From: an uncultured Ignavibacterium sp.
GTDB lineage: Bacteria; Bacteroidota; Ignavibacteria; Ch128b
Reading direction: 5' to 3'
DNA: 64,000 nucleotides
Assembly (NCBI GenBank): GCA_964454895.1
Contig: CAYVTW010000001.1
Location: forward strand, 248,724 to 312,723
Within the stretch, counting starts at the first letter, position 1. Every line of letters starts with the position of its first letter. Below are positions 1-9,801 of this stretch, piece after piece. Made by a program: the position numbers and the translations under genes. The notes under the pieces were generated by a model. It searched no databases, was not told the origin of the DNA, and worked only from the letters and a program-made list of their open reading frames with translations.

Positions 1-1920
1 TTGTTTTTCCTTTCTGCTCGAAATGAAAACAATAAAGGCTGGTTATTTGGTGTGAGACAGCATATGCCCTGGGATTCAGTCTACATTAACCCGGCTAATC
101 CTAATGATATCAGAATTTCAAAATCAGGCGATGATGCGATTGTTCCGATGAATCCTAGTAAAAAATTTAGTGGAACTTTCAAATTAACTATCAAACCGAC
201 ATCAACAATTAAAATTAATTACGATCTTCTCTATTCAAATAACTATATCAAATACTATTCACACGATTTCAAGTACAATCCAGAAGCAGATTATAATTAT
301 TACGAGAAAGGTTTTATCAACTCAATTGATTTTAGACATGCATTGAGTCCGAAAACTTTTTATTCATTTAAAGTAATGTATAACTTCAATGATTATAAAC
401 AATATCTTTATCCATTAGTCGATCAAAATGGTAATGCAGTAGATTACTATCCCGGAAAGGGGACACAAAATTTAAAACCCGATCCACGATATCAACCAAC
501 AGAAAAATTGACACGACCGGTTTCCTATACTTTCTATTTTGGTGGAACGCGTAATGGACATAGTTACGAACGTGCAAGAACTTACGGTGTAAAATTCGAC
601 ATTACAAGTCAAGTTTCGAACGAACATGAGATTAAATTCGGGACAGAATACAAAACACATATTCTTGATTATGAAAGTTTCGTTATAAAAAGAGATACAG
701 TTCGTTACCTTGTGCCAACTATTCCTGATATCACAACTCCTGATCACGATTTGTATACAAAGAAACCTGTTCAGTTTTCAGCATATATTCAGGATAAAAT
801 GGAATATGCCAATTTCATCATGAATATTGGGTTAAGATATGATTATTTTAACTCACGCTCGCAATATTCAACTAATACTCTTTATCCATCTCCAAACGAT
901 CCATCGTTGCCAGTTTATGTTGATAAAAATTCAATTCTTGCAGATGCAACACCTAAACATCAATTAAGTCCAAGATTTGGCGTTTCATTTCCAATAACTG
1001 ATAGAGGAATAATTCACTTTAGCTATGGTCACTTTTTCCAGATGCCCCCTTTTCAATATTTATACACAAATCCAAATTTTAAATCGAGTTATGCAGTAGG
1101 AACACCAATTTTTGGAGATGCTAACCTCAATCCTGAAAAAACAGTGACTTACGAAATAGGCTTGCAACAGCTTCTGCTGGATGATTTGGCACTTACAGTT
1201 ACAGGATATTATAAAGATGTTCGTGATTTACTCGCACTTCAGACTATAAGAGTGAGTAGTGATAGAACTTACTTAAAGTATGTGAATAAGGATTATGGAA
1301 ACATAAAAGGAATAACATTGTCAGTTGTAAAGAGACGAACTCCTGCAAGTCCTCTTGGTGTTACAGTTGATTATACTTTCCAAGTTGCTGAAGGAAACGA
1401 TACAGATCCCGATGCGTTTTTCCTTGATTTATCATCAGGAAGACAAAGTGAAAAAATTCCAGTATTTCTCTCTTGGGACCAGACTCATACTTTGAATACA
1501 ACAGTTACATTCGGTAAAATCAATGATTGGACCGTAACATTTGTTAATAGAATTGGAACAGGTTTGCCCTATACTCCACAAATTACAGGTAAGCAAGTTT
1601 ATGTAAGAACAAATAGCGGAAGAAGACCATCTCAATTTGTTGTTAATCTTTTCGCCGAAAAAGTTTTCAGAATTTTTAACTCTAAGTTGACTGTATTCGC
1701 AAAGATTTACAACTTGTTTGATAATCTTATTGAAAGGCTTGTTTATGATGATACAGGAAGAGCAACTTATACATTACTTCAAACAAGTGGTGCAACAAAA
1801 TCTGCTAAAGAATTATCTGAAAAAATTCCATTAGTAAGACCTCCAGAAGAATATTTCAATCGTCCTCATTATTATCATCCTCCTCGAGAGGTAAGACTTG
1901 GTTTTGAAATTGACTTCTAA
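1..1920 (+). CDS. TonB-dependent receptor, C-terminal barrel part (5'-truncated by window edge)
   Basis: Barrel motifs YIQDKMEY..MNIGLRYDYF, LSPRFGVSFPI, NLNPEKTVTYEIG, NLFD; C-terminal aromatic beta-signal LGFEIDF; colinear with the complete paralog at 35511-38354. Confidence 0.9.
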   Translation: MFFLSARNENNKGWLFGVRQHMPWDSVYINPANPNDIRISKSGDDAIVPMNPSKKFSGTFKLTIKPTSTIKINYDLLYSNNYIKYYSHDFKYNPEADYNYYEKGFINSIDFRHALSPKTFYSFKVMYNFNDYKQYLYPLVDQNGNAVDYYPGKGTQNLKPDPRYQPTEKLTRPVSYTFYFGGTRNGHSYERARTYGVKFDITSQVSNEHEIKFGTEYKTHILDYESFVIKRDTVRYLVPTIPDITTPDHDLYTKKPVQFSAYIQDKMEYANFIMNIGLRYDYFNSRSQYSTNTLYPSPNDPSLPVYVDKNSILADATPKHQLSPRFGVSFPITDRGIIHFSYGHFFQMPPFQYLYTNPNFKSSYAVGTPIFGDANLNPEKTVTYEIGLQQLLLDDLALTVTGYYKDVRDLLALQTIRVSSDRTYLKYVNKDYGNIKGITLSVVKRRTPASPLGVTVDYTFQVAEGNDTDPDAFFLDLSSGRQSEKIPVFLSWDQTHTLNTTVTFGKINDWTVTFVNRIGTGLPYTPQITGKQVYVRTNSGRRPSQFVVNLFAEKVFRIFNSKLTVFAKIYNLFDNLIERLVYDDTGRATYTLLQTSGATKSAKELSEKIPLVRPPEEYFNRPHYYHPPREVRLGFEIDF

Positions 1921-1941
1921 AATTTTGAGGAGTATATAAAT

Positions 1942-4900
1942 ATGAAATTTTTATCATCAATTTTATTTATAATCTTTTTACTTTGTCCAACTTTTCTTAA
2001 TGCTCAACAGAATTCTGCCAAAGAAATTGAACATAAATCCGTTAAAGATCTGATAAACAGTATTTCGATCCAGAATTTAAATTCAAAATCTTACACTTCT
2101 ATCGGTGATTTCCAAAAAGGTGTTGTTAAAAAACTACAAAAGATAAAAGGTCATAAAGATCGTAAGTATTATTTTATGAACGGGAATAAAATCAGCACAA
2201 ATATTTATAATTATGGTGGTATTGCTCCAGGTTATGGACTACTTAGGAATGTGAATAATGTTGTTTGGAGAGGTGTCTCGTATGTTTTTCAATTCTGTCC
2301 ATTTGTTGCTGCTTCTGTTCCAAGTGGATATGATCCAACAAAAAGACTTCACATAGTTTCAGACGGATTATGGGATTATCCAGCATTAAGAGATGTAAGT
2401 CCAACTGGAGATACATTATGGGCCTGGCAACCACTTCCAGGTTATGCTGATCCAAATCAAGAGTTTATAGCATCTAATCCTGCTCCAGATAATGATAATG
2501 ATGGTAAACCAGACTCATGGCCTCGAGAATGGTATAATCCAACACTCGGGAAATATGTATGGCCTGGATATTTAGCACAAGATGCAACGAATGCAGATCT
2601 CGAGGTTTTTTGGGCGATGGACGATCGTGATAATTCTGAATTTCCGTACTGGCCATTCATCAATGATTCAACTCGAAGAGGATTAGGTGTTCAAGTTGAT
2701 GGGAGAGCCTTACAATGGAGTAATGCCCTCGCTGAAAACACAATATTTTTTGTGTATACAATTGCTAATGTTAGTGATAAGAATTTAGACTCAGTTTATT
2801 TCGGAATGTATGGCGATCCGGATCTTGGTGGTGGATTGCCAGCAGATCCGGGTGATGAAGTTCGTGATGATCTTGGATACTTTGTTGCTCCTCACAATTA
2901 CTCGGTACCAGTTTATGCTCGTAGTATGATGTACTTATGGGATAATGATGGAAAAGGGCATTTGGGTTTGCCTGTGGGTTATCTTGGATGTAAATATTTG
3001 GAGTCTCCTTCAAATCCCGGTAACAATTTTGATGACGACGGTGATGGAATGATTGATGAAAGACAGGACGACGGAATTGATAATGACAGAGATTGGAATC
3101 CTCTTGTCGATGATGTTGGCATCGATGGTATTCCAAATACAGGAGATTTCGGTGAAGGTGATGGTTTGCCGACGGCTGGTAAAAGATTACCTGATGGTTC
3201 TCTTGATCCACTTTATCCCGGAGAACCAAATTTTGAGTTAACCGATTTAGATGAATCCGACCAAATTGGTTTAACAAGTTTTAATAGCTGGACATGGGCA
3301 ACCGATAAAGTAGCAAATGATGAATCGATGTGGTATCGTGTTCAAGCAGGTAATTTTAGTGATATTCGTCAACTCGAAGATATTGTTTTCATTTTTGGAA
3401 GTGGCCCTATCACTCTATCTAAAGGTGAAATTAAAAGATTTTCTATGGCACTTTTGTTGGGTGAAAATCTCGATGATTTGTTGACAACTGCTGAAACTGT
3501 TCAAAGAATTTATAATGCAAACTATAGATTTTTTAGACCACCATTGAAACCAAATGTAGTTGCTGTTCCTGGTGATAGAAAAGTTACATTATACTGGGAC
3601 TCTAGAGCCGAAGAAAGTATTGATCCAATTACAGGAAAAGATTTTGAAGGTTATGTTATTTATAGAAGTACTGATCCAACTTTCAATGATATCCAGACAA
3701 TAACAGATGGGAAGGGAGCTAAATTTTTATATGAGCCTCTTAAAGATATACAAGGAAATGAATGTAGATGGGATGTAGACCAAAGACCAGAACCATTTAC
3801 AGACAAAAATGGAAATCTTAAATATGATGTAGGTGAAGAATATGTTGATATTAATGGAAATGGTCAATGGGATCCAATCGCTCCTGACTATTGGAAAGGT
3901 TATCATCCTGTTCCTTATCAAGGAAGGGGCATTCAATATTTCCTTGGAAATAATAGAGGTCTAGTCCATTCATATGTCGATTCTAATAAAGTTATCAATG
4001 GTCAAATTTATTATTACGCTGTAGTTGCTTACGATCATGGTGATTCTTTAGGTATTCCACCAACAGAAACGACAAAGAAAATCACTGTTGATCCAATTAC
4101 AAATCAACTTCAATTTGATGTAAACACTGTAATGGTAATTCCTGGACCAAGAGCAAGTGGATATATTATCACTCCTACAAGCACAAAGAGTTTGGTTAGA
4201 GAAAGTGGTATTGGTAATGGTGATATATCTCTTGAGGTATTAAACGATTTAATTGTTGAACACAATTCTGAATATAGATTATTCTTTAGAGATAGTTTAA
4301 TTAGTGGTAACAGGCGCATTCCGGGAAAAAATTATTCAGTTCTAAAATTGACACCAGTCGTTGATAAAAATATTACTTTCTACGACACCAACTACACAAA
4401 GCTATCTTACCAAAATGTAAGCGATGACAACTATCTCGAAGTAAAGGATGAAAATGGCAGAGTGTATACTATAGGCGTTGATTATGTTATTAATTTTGAA
4501 AGGGGAATAATTCGAAGAACATCTACTAGTTCGATGGCTTTAAATAAGAAATATTCAATCAAATATAGATATTATCCGATCTATCAAAGTCAATTATTAA
4601 ATGGAGAAGATGGTAATCCAACTATTGATGGACTGAAATTAAAGATCGTTGATAATCCAGTCTTAAAAATTGATTCCATAAGAACAGGATGGATTAAAGG
4701 TAAATGCAATTACACCTTCAGGGTCGATCGAGCTACTATCGGAGGCAGAATAATTCCAAACGAAGCTGATTACGAAATACATTTTTCTGATACATTTATC
4801 GATTCTGCAATGATACTTGTTACGGGAAGATTGGTGAAAGTACCAGTAAAATATTCTGTTAAAGATGTGACAACTGGAGTGCCTCAACCAATTTTAACTT

Positions 4901-5481
4901 ATTTAAAAGAAAATGCTTTAACACGAGATACAAACTATACTGCGGGTGAAGAAATTGTTTTCTTTAAACCAGGTTCGACAGGTAGAACAACAGATACAAC
5001 AACTTGGGGAGTGATATTTTTCCAACCTTCTGGCGTTACTCCAATTCCACCTTCTGCTGGTGATGTTTTTTATATTAGAACACTTAGACCATTTAGACCT
5101 GCCGATGTTTTTTATTTCAAAACTGAAGCTTCGAGGTTCGATGCAAATCTGGCAAAATCTAGACTTGATGAAATTATTATAGTTCCAAATCCTTATGTCG
5201 TAGTTAATGATATTGAACCAACGAATAAGTTACCAGGACAAAATCGAGGTGAGAGGAGAATTTACTTTGAAAATCTTCCGCCTGAATGTACTATTAGAAT
5301 TTTTACGCTTGCAGGTGAGCTTGTCCAAACAATTCATCACTTCTCATCATTAGACAACGGAAGGGAATTCTGGAATCTATTAAATCGAGATGGTTTTAGT
5401 GTAGCATATGGAATTTATTTCGCTCATATTGAAGCACCAGGTATTGGTGAGAAACTTCTAAAGTTTGCAATAATAAAGTAA
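1942..5481 (+). CDS. Large secreted protein (1179 aa): signal peptide, DxDxDG Ca-binding-like loops, FN3-like domain, T9SS-CTD/FlgD-Ig-like C-terminus
   Basis: SD GAGGAG; SPI-type signal ending LNA|QQ; PDNDNDGKPD, DDDGDGMIDE, DKNGNLKYD, DINGNGQWD; PPLKPNVVAVPGDRKVTLYWD; terminal VPNPY...IRIFTLAGELV...GIYFAHIE...KFAIIK. Confidence 0.85.
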   Translation: MKFLSSILFIIFLLCPTFLNAQQNSAKEIEHKSVKDLINSISIQNLNSKSYTSIGDFQKGVVKKLQKIKGHKDRKYYFMNGNKISTNIYNYGGIAPGYGLLRNVNNVVWRGVSYVFQFCPFVAASVPSGYDPTKRLHIVSDGLWDYPALRDVSPTGDTLWAWQPLPGYADPNQEFIASNPAPDNDNDGKPDSWPREWYNPTLGKYVWPGYLAQDATNADLEVFWAMDDRDNSEFPYWPFINDSTRRGLGVQVDGRALQWSNALAENTIFFVYTIANVSDKNLDSVYFGMYGDPDLGGGLPADPGDEVRDDLGYFVAPHNYSVPVYARSMMYLWDNDGKGHLGLPVGYLGCKYLESPSNPGNNFDDDGDGMIDERQDDGIDNDRDWNPLVDDVGIDGIPNTGDFGEGDGLPTAGKRLPDGSLDPLYPGEPNFELTDLDESDQIGLTSFNSWTWATDKVANDESMWYRVQAGNFSDIRQLEDIVFIFGSGPITLSKGEIKRFSMALLLGENLDDLLTTAETVQRIYNANYRFFRPPLKPNVVAVPGDRKVTLYWDSRAEESIDPITGKDFEGYVIYRSTDPTFNDIQTITDGKGAKFLYEPLKDIQGNECRWDVDQRPEPFTDKNGNLKYDVGEEYVDINGNGQWDPIAPDYWKGYHPVPYQGRGIQYFLGNNRGLVHSYVDSNKVINGQIYYYAVVAYDHGDSLGIPPTETTKKITVDPITNQLQFDVNTVMVIPGPRASGYIITPTSTKSLVRESGIGNGDISLEVLNDLIVEHNSEYRLFFRDSLISGNRRIPGKNYSVLKLTPVVDKNITFYDTNYTKLSYQNVSDDNYLEVKDENGRVYTIGVDYVINFERGIIRRTSTSSMALNKKYSIKYRYYPIYQSQLLNGEDGNPTIDGLKLKIVDNPVLKIDSIRTGWIKGKCNYTFRVDRATIGGRIIPNEADYEIHFSDTFIDSAMILVTGRLVKVPVKYSVKDVTTGVPQPILTYLKENALTRDTNYTAGEEIVFFKPGSTGRTTDTTTWGVIFFQPSGVTPIPPSAGDVFYIRTLRPFRPADVFYFKTEASRFDANLAKSRLDEIIIVPNPYVVVNDIEPTNKLPGQNRGERRIYFENLPPECTIRIFTLAGELVQTIHHFSSLDNGREFWNLLNRDGFSVAYGIYFAHIEAPGIGEKLLKFAIIK

Positions 5482-5501
5482 ATACTTCAAGGAGTTTTAA
5501 G

Positions 5502-6524
5502 ATGAAGAAATTATTTATCTACTTAGTATTGGTTTTTGTTCTAGTTCTTAGCAATGCATACTCTCAATTTGGAGCGAATTTAACTAAGACAGGTACAACA
5601 GCAGCTCAATTCTTGAAGATTGGAGTTGGCTCGAGAGCTCTGGGAATGGGTGGAGCATTTGTCGCTTCCTCGAATGATGTTTCGGCTATTTATTGGAATC
5701 CAGCAGGAATTGCTCTGATCAATGATAGAGAAGCTGCTTTTAATCATGTCGATTGGTTAATGGATGTGGTTTATGATCATGCTGCTTTCGCAATGAACTT
5801 TGGTGATTTTGGGACTCTCGGTGCTTTTGTTGGTGTTATGTCAATGGGTGAAATGCTTGTGAGAACTGTTGAAAAACCGGAAGGAACGGGTGAATACTTT
5901 GGCGCTGGAGCTATGACAATTGGCTTATCTTATGCTAGAAATCTCACTGAAAATTTTGCAATAGGGTTTAATGCTAAATACTTACGAGAATATATATGGA
6001 ACGAATCTGCACAAGGATTCGCTCTTGATATTGGTACATTTTACCGAATTCAATTCTTGAACGAAACAAGACTTGCTGCGAGCATTTCGAATTTTGGAAC
6101 TAAGATGAAACTCTCGGGAAGAGATCTACTAGTTTTGACTAATACTGGTCCTGGTGGTGCGAATATTATCAATACTGAACATCAAGTAGATGCATTCGAT
6201 TTGCCTTTGATGTTTAGGATTGGTGTCGCTATTGATGCAATTAAATCTGAGCAAATGAGATTAACAATTGAAACTAATGCTATCCATCCTAATGATAATA
6301 CTGAATATGTGAACACTGGATTTGAATACGCTTGGAATGAAAGAATATTTTTGAGAGCAGGTTACAAATCTCTTTTTGAAAGAGATACTGAACAAGGCTT
6401 CACTTGGGGACTTGGTTTGAACTATCGTCTTGTCGATTTAGTTACACTAAAGTTCGATTATGCTTATCAAGATTTCGGAAGATTGAAAAATGTTCATTAT
6501 CTAACCGTTGGTGTAAATTTTTAA
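5502..6524 (+). CDS. PorV/PorQ-family (UPF0164-like) outer-membrane beta-barrel
   Basis: SD AAGGAG; signal peptide; AAQFLKIGVGSRALGMGGAF..YWNPAG signature; C-terminal F (TVGVNF). Confidence 0.85.
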   Translation: MKKLFIYLVLVFVLVLSNAYSQFGANLTKTGTTAAQFLKIGVGSRALGMGGAFVASSNDVSAIYWNPAGIALINDREAAFNHVDWLMDVVYDHAAFAMNFGDFGTLGAFVGVMSMGEMLVRTVEKPEGTGEYFGAGAMTIGLSYARNLTENFAIGFNAKYLREYIWNESAQGFALDIGTFYRIQFLNETRLAASISNFGTKMKLSGRDLLVLTNTGPGGANIINTEHQVDAFDLPLMFRIGVAIDAIKSEQMRLTIETNAIHPNDNTEYVNTGFEYAWNERIFLRAGYKSLFERDTEQGFTWGLGLNYRLVDLVTLKFDYAYQDFGRLKNVHYLTVGVNF

Positions 6525-6691
6525 GAAAATATTCTCACTAAACTAAGTTAGAGGTAAATATAAACTAGTTGAAAGATTTTAATTTCTATTTTGATAAAGA
6601 AGAATGGTAGACGATCATTCGAAATTTTAAATATTGTTTGTTATAAATTTTATTGAAATTTAAATTGCATATCAAAATTTGTTATTTCAAA

Positions 6692-6775
6692 GCCGAAGTG
6701 GCGGAATTGGCAGACGCGCATGATTCAGGGTCATGTGGGAGAAATCCCGTAGGGGTTCGAGTCCCCTCTTCGGCA
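6692..6775 (+). tRNA. tRNA-Leu(CAG)
   Basis: Acceptor GCCGAAG/CTTCGGC; anticodon stem CATGA/TCATG with loop TTCAGGG; long variable arm; T-loop TTCGAGT; CCA not encoded. Confidence 0.95.
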
Positions 6776-6792
6776 CAATTAAATTATCCACC

Positions 6793-7650
6793 ATGATAAA
6801 TCAGTTTGTAGAGAGCTCATATCATTACTGCTTGGATCTAGCAAAAAAACATTACGAAAATTTCCCGGTTGCCTCTCTTTTAATTCCGGCAGAAAAGCGA
6901 AAATTTATTGCAGCAGTTTATGCATTTGCGAGAATAGCCGATGATTTAGCAGACGAGGGAAATTTATCTAAAGAAAAAAGAATTTATCAGTTGATTAAGT
7001 ATAAAGATTATTTTGTAAATAAAATTATTTCTGATGAATATCCTCATCTACTTGCACTTTATGATACTATCCTAAAAAACAATCTCACAGAAAAAAATTT
7101 TACTGATCTAATTGATGCATTTATTCAGGATAATAAAATAAACAAATACAAAACTTTTGAAGAGGTTTTTGACTATTGTTCTAGATCAGCTAATCCAATC
7201 GGTAGAATTTTGCTTGAGATTTTTGATATTAGAGATGATGAAGCTAAACAGCACTCAGATGAGATCTGTACAGCACTTCAACTAACAAATTTCTATCAAG
7301 ATTTAAGTATAGATATTAACAATGATCGTTTCTATATTCCAGCTGATATTCTGTCAAAGTTTGAACTCAATTATGATGAGCTTGTTAAATTCAATACTAC
7401 AAAACAAGTCAATAAAAATTTTCAATGGATGATGAAATATCTACTTGATGTAAATTATAAACTATTTAATGATGGTGAAAAACTTTTGAACTATCTTCAT
7501 GGTTTATTCAAATTTGAGATTAAATTAACTATTAATGGTGGTAGAGAAATACTGAACAAGATAAAAGAGATAAATTATAATCCTTTCTATCATCGTCCGC
7601 TTCTTAAAAAAACTGATTGGGCGAAAATCATACTTAAAAGTTTAATCTAA
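6793..7650 (+). CDS. hpnC: Squalene synthase HpnC
   Basis: HYENFPVAS, YAFARIADDLADE, YCSRSANPIGR, LQLTNFYQD; start moved to ATG 6793 because the ORF-track start at 6733 lies inside tRNA-Leu. Confidence 0.85.
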   Translation: MINQFVESSYHYCLDLAKKHYENFPVASLLIPAEKRKFIAAVYAFARIADDLADEGNLSKEKRIYQLIKYKDYFVNKIISDEYPHLLALYDTILKNNLTEKNFTDLIDAFIQDNKINKYKTFEEVFDYCSRSANPIGRILLEIFDIRDDEAKQHSDEICTALQLTNFYQDLSIDINNDRFYIPADILSKFELNYDELVKFNTTKQVNKNFQWMMKYLLDVNYKLFNDGEKLLNYLHGLFKFEIKLTINGGREILNKIKEINYNPFYHRPLLKKTDWAKIILKSLI

Positions 7651-8492
7651 TGGGCAGATCAATCGAAGAAAATATCACAAGTAGGAGTGGAAGTAGTTTC
7701 TACTACACTTTTCTCTTCCTTCCTAAAAAAAAGAAGAAGGCAATGCACATTGTTTATGCATTTTGTCGAGTAACCGATGACATTGCTGATGCAACAGATG
7801 AAAACGATGAAGAAAAGTTAACCAAACTGGAAGAATGGAAGGAAGAATTGTTCACTGCCATTAAAGCTCGTTCTAAATTTGAAATGTTAAACCATCTTGC
7901 TGAAGTTATTCGTGAATTAAAAATGTCTGTTGATCCTTTTTTTGATTTGATCGAAGGAATGAGAATGGATTTGACAAAAAAAAGATATGCAACCTTTGAA
8001 GAGCTAAAAATTTATTGCTATCGTGTTGCTTCAACTATTGGATTGATGTCTATTGAACTTTTTGGATACAAGAATCCGGCGAGTCGAAATTATGCTTACA
8101 ATCTTGGTATTGCCATGCAATTGACGAACATTCTTAGAGATATTAAAGAAGATTTGAAAAAAGATAGAATTTATATTCCACAGGAAGATTTGGAACGATT
8201 TAATTATTCTGAAGATGAACTTAAACAAGCTATTATGAACGAATCATTTTTTAATTTGATGAAGTTCGAAGTGGAAAGAGCAGAATATTTTTATAATGAA
8301 GCCAATAGATATTTTCAAAAGGATGATCAAAAAGTATTGGCGATGGGTAGGGCAATGCAAGAAATTTATTGTAAGATTTTAAGGAATATTAAAAAGAATA
8401 ACTTTAATGTTTTTACACGCAATAATAATCTCAATAAACTTGAAAGAATGATAGTGACAATTAAAAATTTTGCAAAGTATAATCTATTCTAA
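7650..8492 (+). CDS. hpnD: Presqualene diphosphate synthase HpnD
   Basis: SGSSFYYTF, YAFCRVTDDIAD, YCYRVASTIG, QLTNILRDIKED; TAATG coupling to hpnC. Confidence 0.85.
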   Translation: MGRSIEENITSRSGSSFYYTFLFLPKKKKKAMHIVYAFCRVTDDIADATDENDEEKLTKLEEWKEELFTAIKARSKFEMLNHLAEVIRELKMSVDPFFDLIEGMRMDLTKKRYATFEELKIYCYRVASTIGLMSIELFGYKNPASRNYAYNLGIAMQLTNILRDIKEDLKKDRIYIPQEDLERFNYSEDELKQAIMNESFFNLMKFEVERAEYFYNEANRYFQKDDQKVLAMGRAMQEIYCKILRNIKKNNFNVFTRNNNLNKLERMIVTIKNFAKYNLF

Positions 8493-8493
8493 T

Positions 8494-9795
8494 ATGAAAA
8501 GCGTTATAATCATTGGTGGAGGATTAGCTGGACTTTCCGCAGCAGTTAACTTATCAGAAAAAGGATTTGAGATAACTTTAATTGAAAGTTCTCCTCAATT
8601 AGGAGGTCGTTCTAAATCATTTTTTCTAAATGAGTGGAACTCTTTTTTAGACAATGGGCAACATCTTTTAATCAAAGGGTATGAAAAAACTCTAGAGTTG
8701 ATAAAAAGAGTTGGTGCTGAGAAAAATTTTGAATTTCAAAACGAATTCGCGATAACCTTTCGTGATAGATTCAATAGTGAATGGAAATTCCAGATTTCAA
8801 ATTTTCCAGACACTATCTTAGCCTTTCTCATGTTTCGTAATTTGAGTATTAATGAAAAATTCCAACTGTTAAAATTCTTCATTCAACTGAAACAAATCAA
8901 TCCGAAATATTTTAGTGAAATTGATGCTTTAAGCTTTTTGAGAAAAGTAAAACAAAGTGAAAATCTTATTAACAATTTTTGGAAGCTAATCGTTGAATCA
9001 GCTTTGAACACTCCTTTAGAAAAAGCTTCAACTGAAATATTTCTTTCTGTGTTAATAAAAATGTTCGTCGAAGATAGAACAAATTCTTTTTTTGTAATTC
9101 CAAAGAAATCTCTTCATGAATCTTTGATAAATCCCATCGAAAATTATTTGACTCAAAAAGGTGTAAGGATAATTAGAAATAGAAGTGTCGAAAAAATTAA
9201 TTATCAGAATGATTATGTAATAGATGTAGTTTCAAGGGATCAATCGTTACAAGCTGATTTTTATATTATAGCTGTTCATCCTGCCGTTGTCAATAAACTC
9301 ATAGCTGAGTATAAAATTGATTTATCTTATCAGTCCATAATCAATCTTCACTTAAAAATTTATCCTAAAGAACTTAAAAACAAATTTTTTGCATTATGGA
9401 ACTCAGAAATACATTGGATATTTTTTCACGAAAATTACTTAACAGCAGTAAGAAGCTCTGCAGATCAATTTTCTAAACTTTCTAATGAAGAAATATTTGA
9501 AACATTTGTGAATGAATTGATTGATTTCTTCCCCGAATTAAATGATGATTTGAAAGAACTCCTTTCTCGTGGTAAAGACTATATTGTTATCAGAGAAAAA
9601 AGGGCGACATTCATTTCGGATACTACTTCTACTAAAATCCGTCCTTCCACAATTACAAAATATAAGAATGTGTTTCTTGCTGGAGATTATGTGGATACTG
9701 GCCTTCCATCAACAATTGAGAGTGCAGTTGTAAGTGGTATGTTAGCTGCTGAAAAAGTTTGTGATGCAATATCGAAGAATGAGACTATATCTTAA
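8494..9795 (+). CDS. hpnE: Hydroxysqualene dehydroxylase HpnE (FAD-dependent)
   Basis: GGGLAGLSAA Rossmann motif, LGGR, DNGQH, LAGDYVDTGLPSTIESAVVSG; third gene after hpnCD; ATG at 8494 directly after the hpnD stop. Confidence 0.85.
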   Translation: MKSVIIIGGGLAGLSAAVNLSEKGFEITLIESSPQLGGRSKSFFLNEWNSFLDNGQHLLIKGYEKTLELIKRVGAEKNFEFQNEFAITFRDRFNSEWKFQISNFPDTILAFLMFRNLSINEKFQLLKFFIQLKQINPKYFSEIDALSFLRKVKQSENLINNFWKLIVESALNTPLEKASTEIFLSVLIKMFVEDRTNSFFVIPKKSLHESLINPIENYLTQKGVRIIRNRSVEKINYQNDYVIDVVSRDQSLQADFYIIAVHPAVVNKLIAEYKIDLSYQSIINLHLKIYPKELKNKFFALWNSEIHWIFFHENYLTAVRSSADQFSKLSNEEIFETFVNELIDFFPELNDDLKELLSRGKDYIVIREKRATFISDTTSTKIRPSTITKYKNVFLAGDYVDTGLPSTIESAVVSGMLAAEKVCDAISKNETIS

Positions 9796-9801
9796 TCGGG
9801 A

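Noticed and set aside
6733-6792. N-terminal extension MWEKSRRGSSPLFGTIKLST of the 6733-7650 ORF
   Set aside because: Mostly translated tRNA-Leu sequence; the hpnC start is ATG 6793
6793-9795. Carotenoid crtB/crtI interpretation
   Set aside because: Two different synthase paralogs with HpnC (HYENFPVAS) and HpnD (SGSSFY) signatures plus an HpnE-type C-terminus fit hpnCDE better
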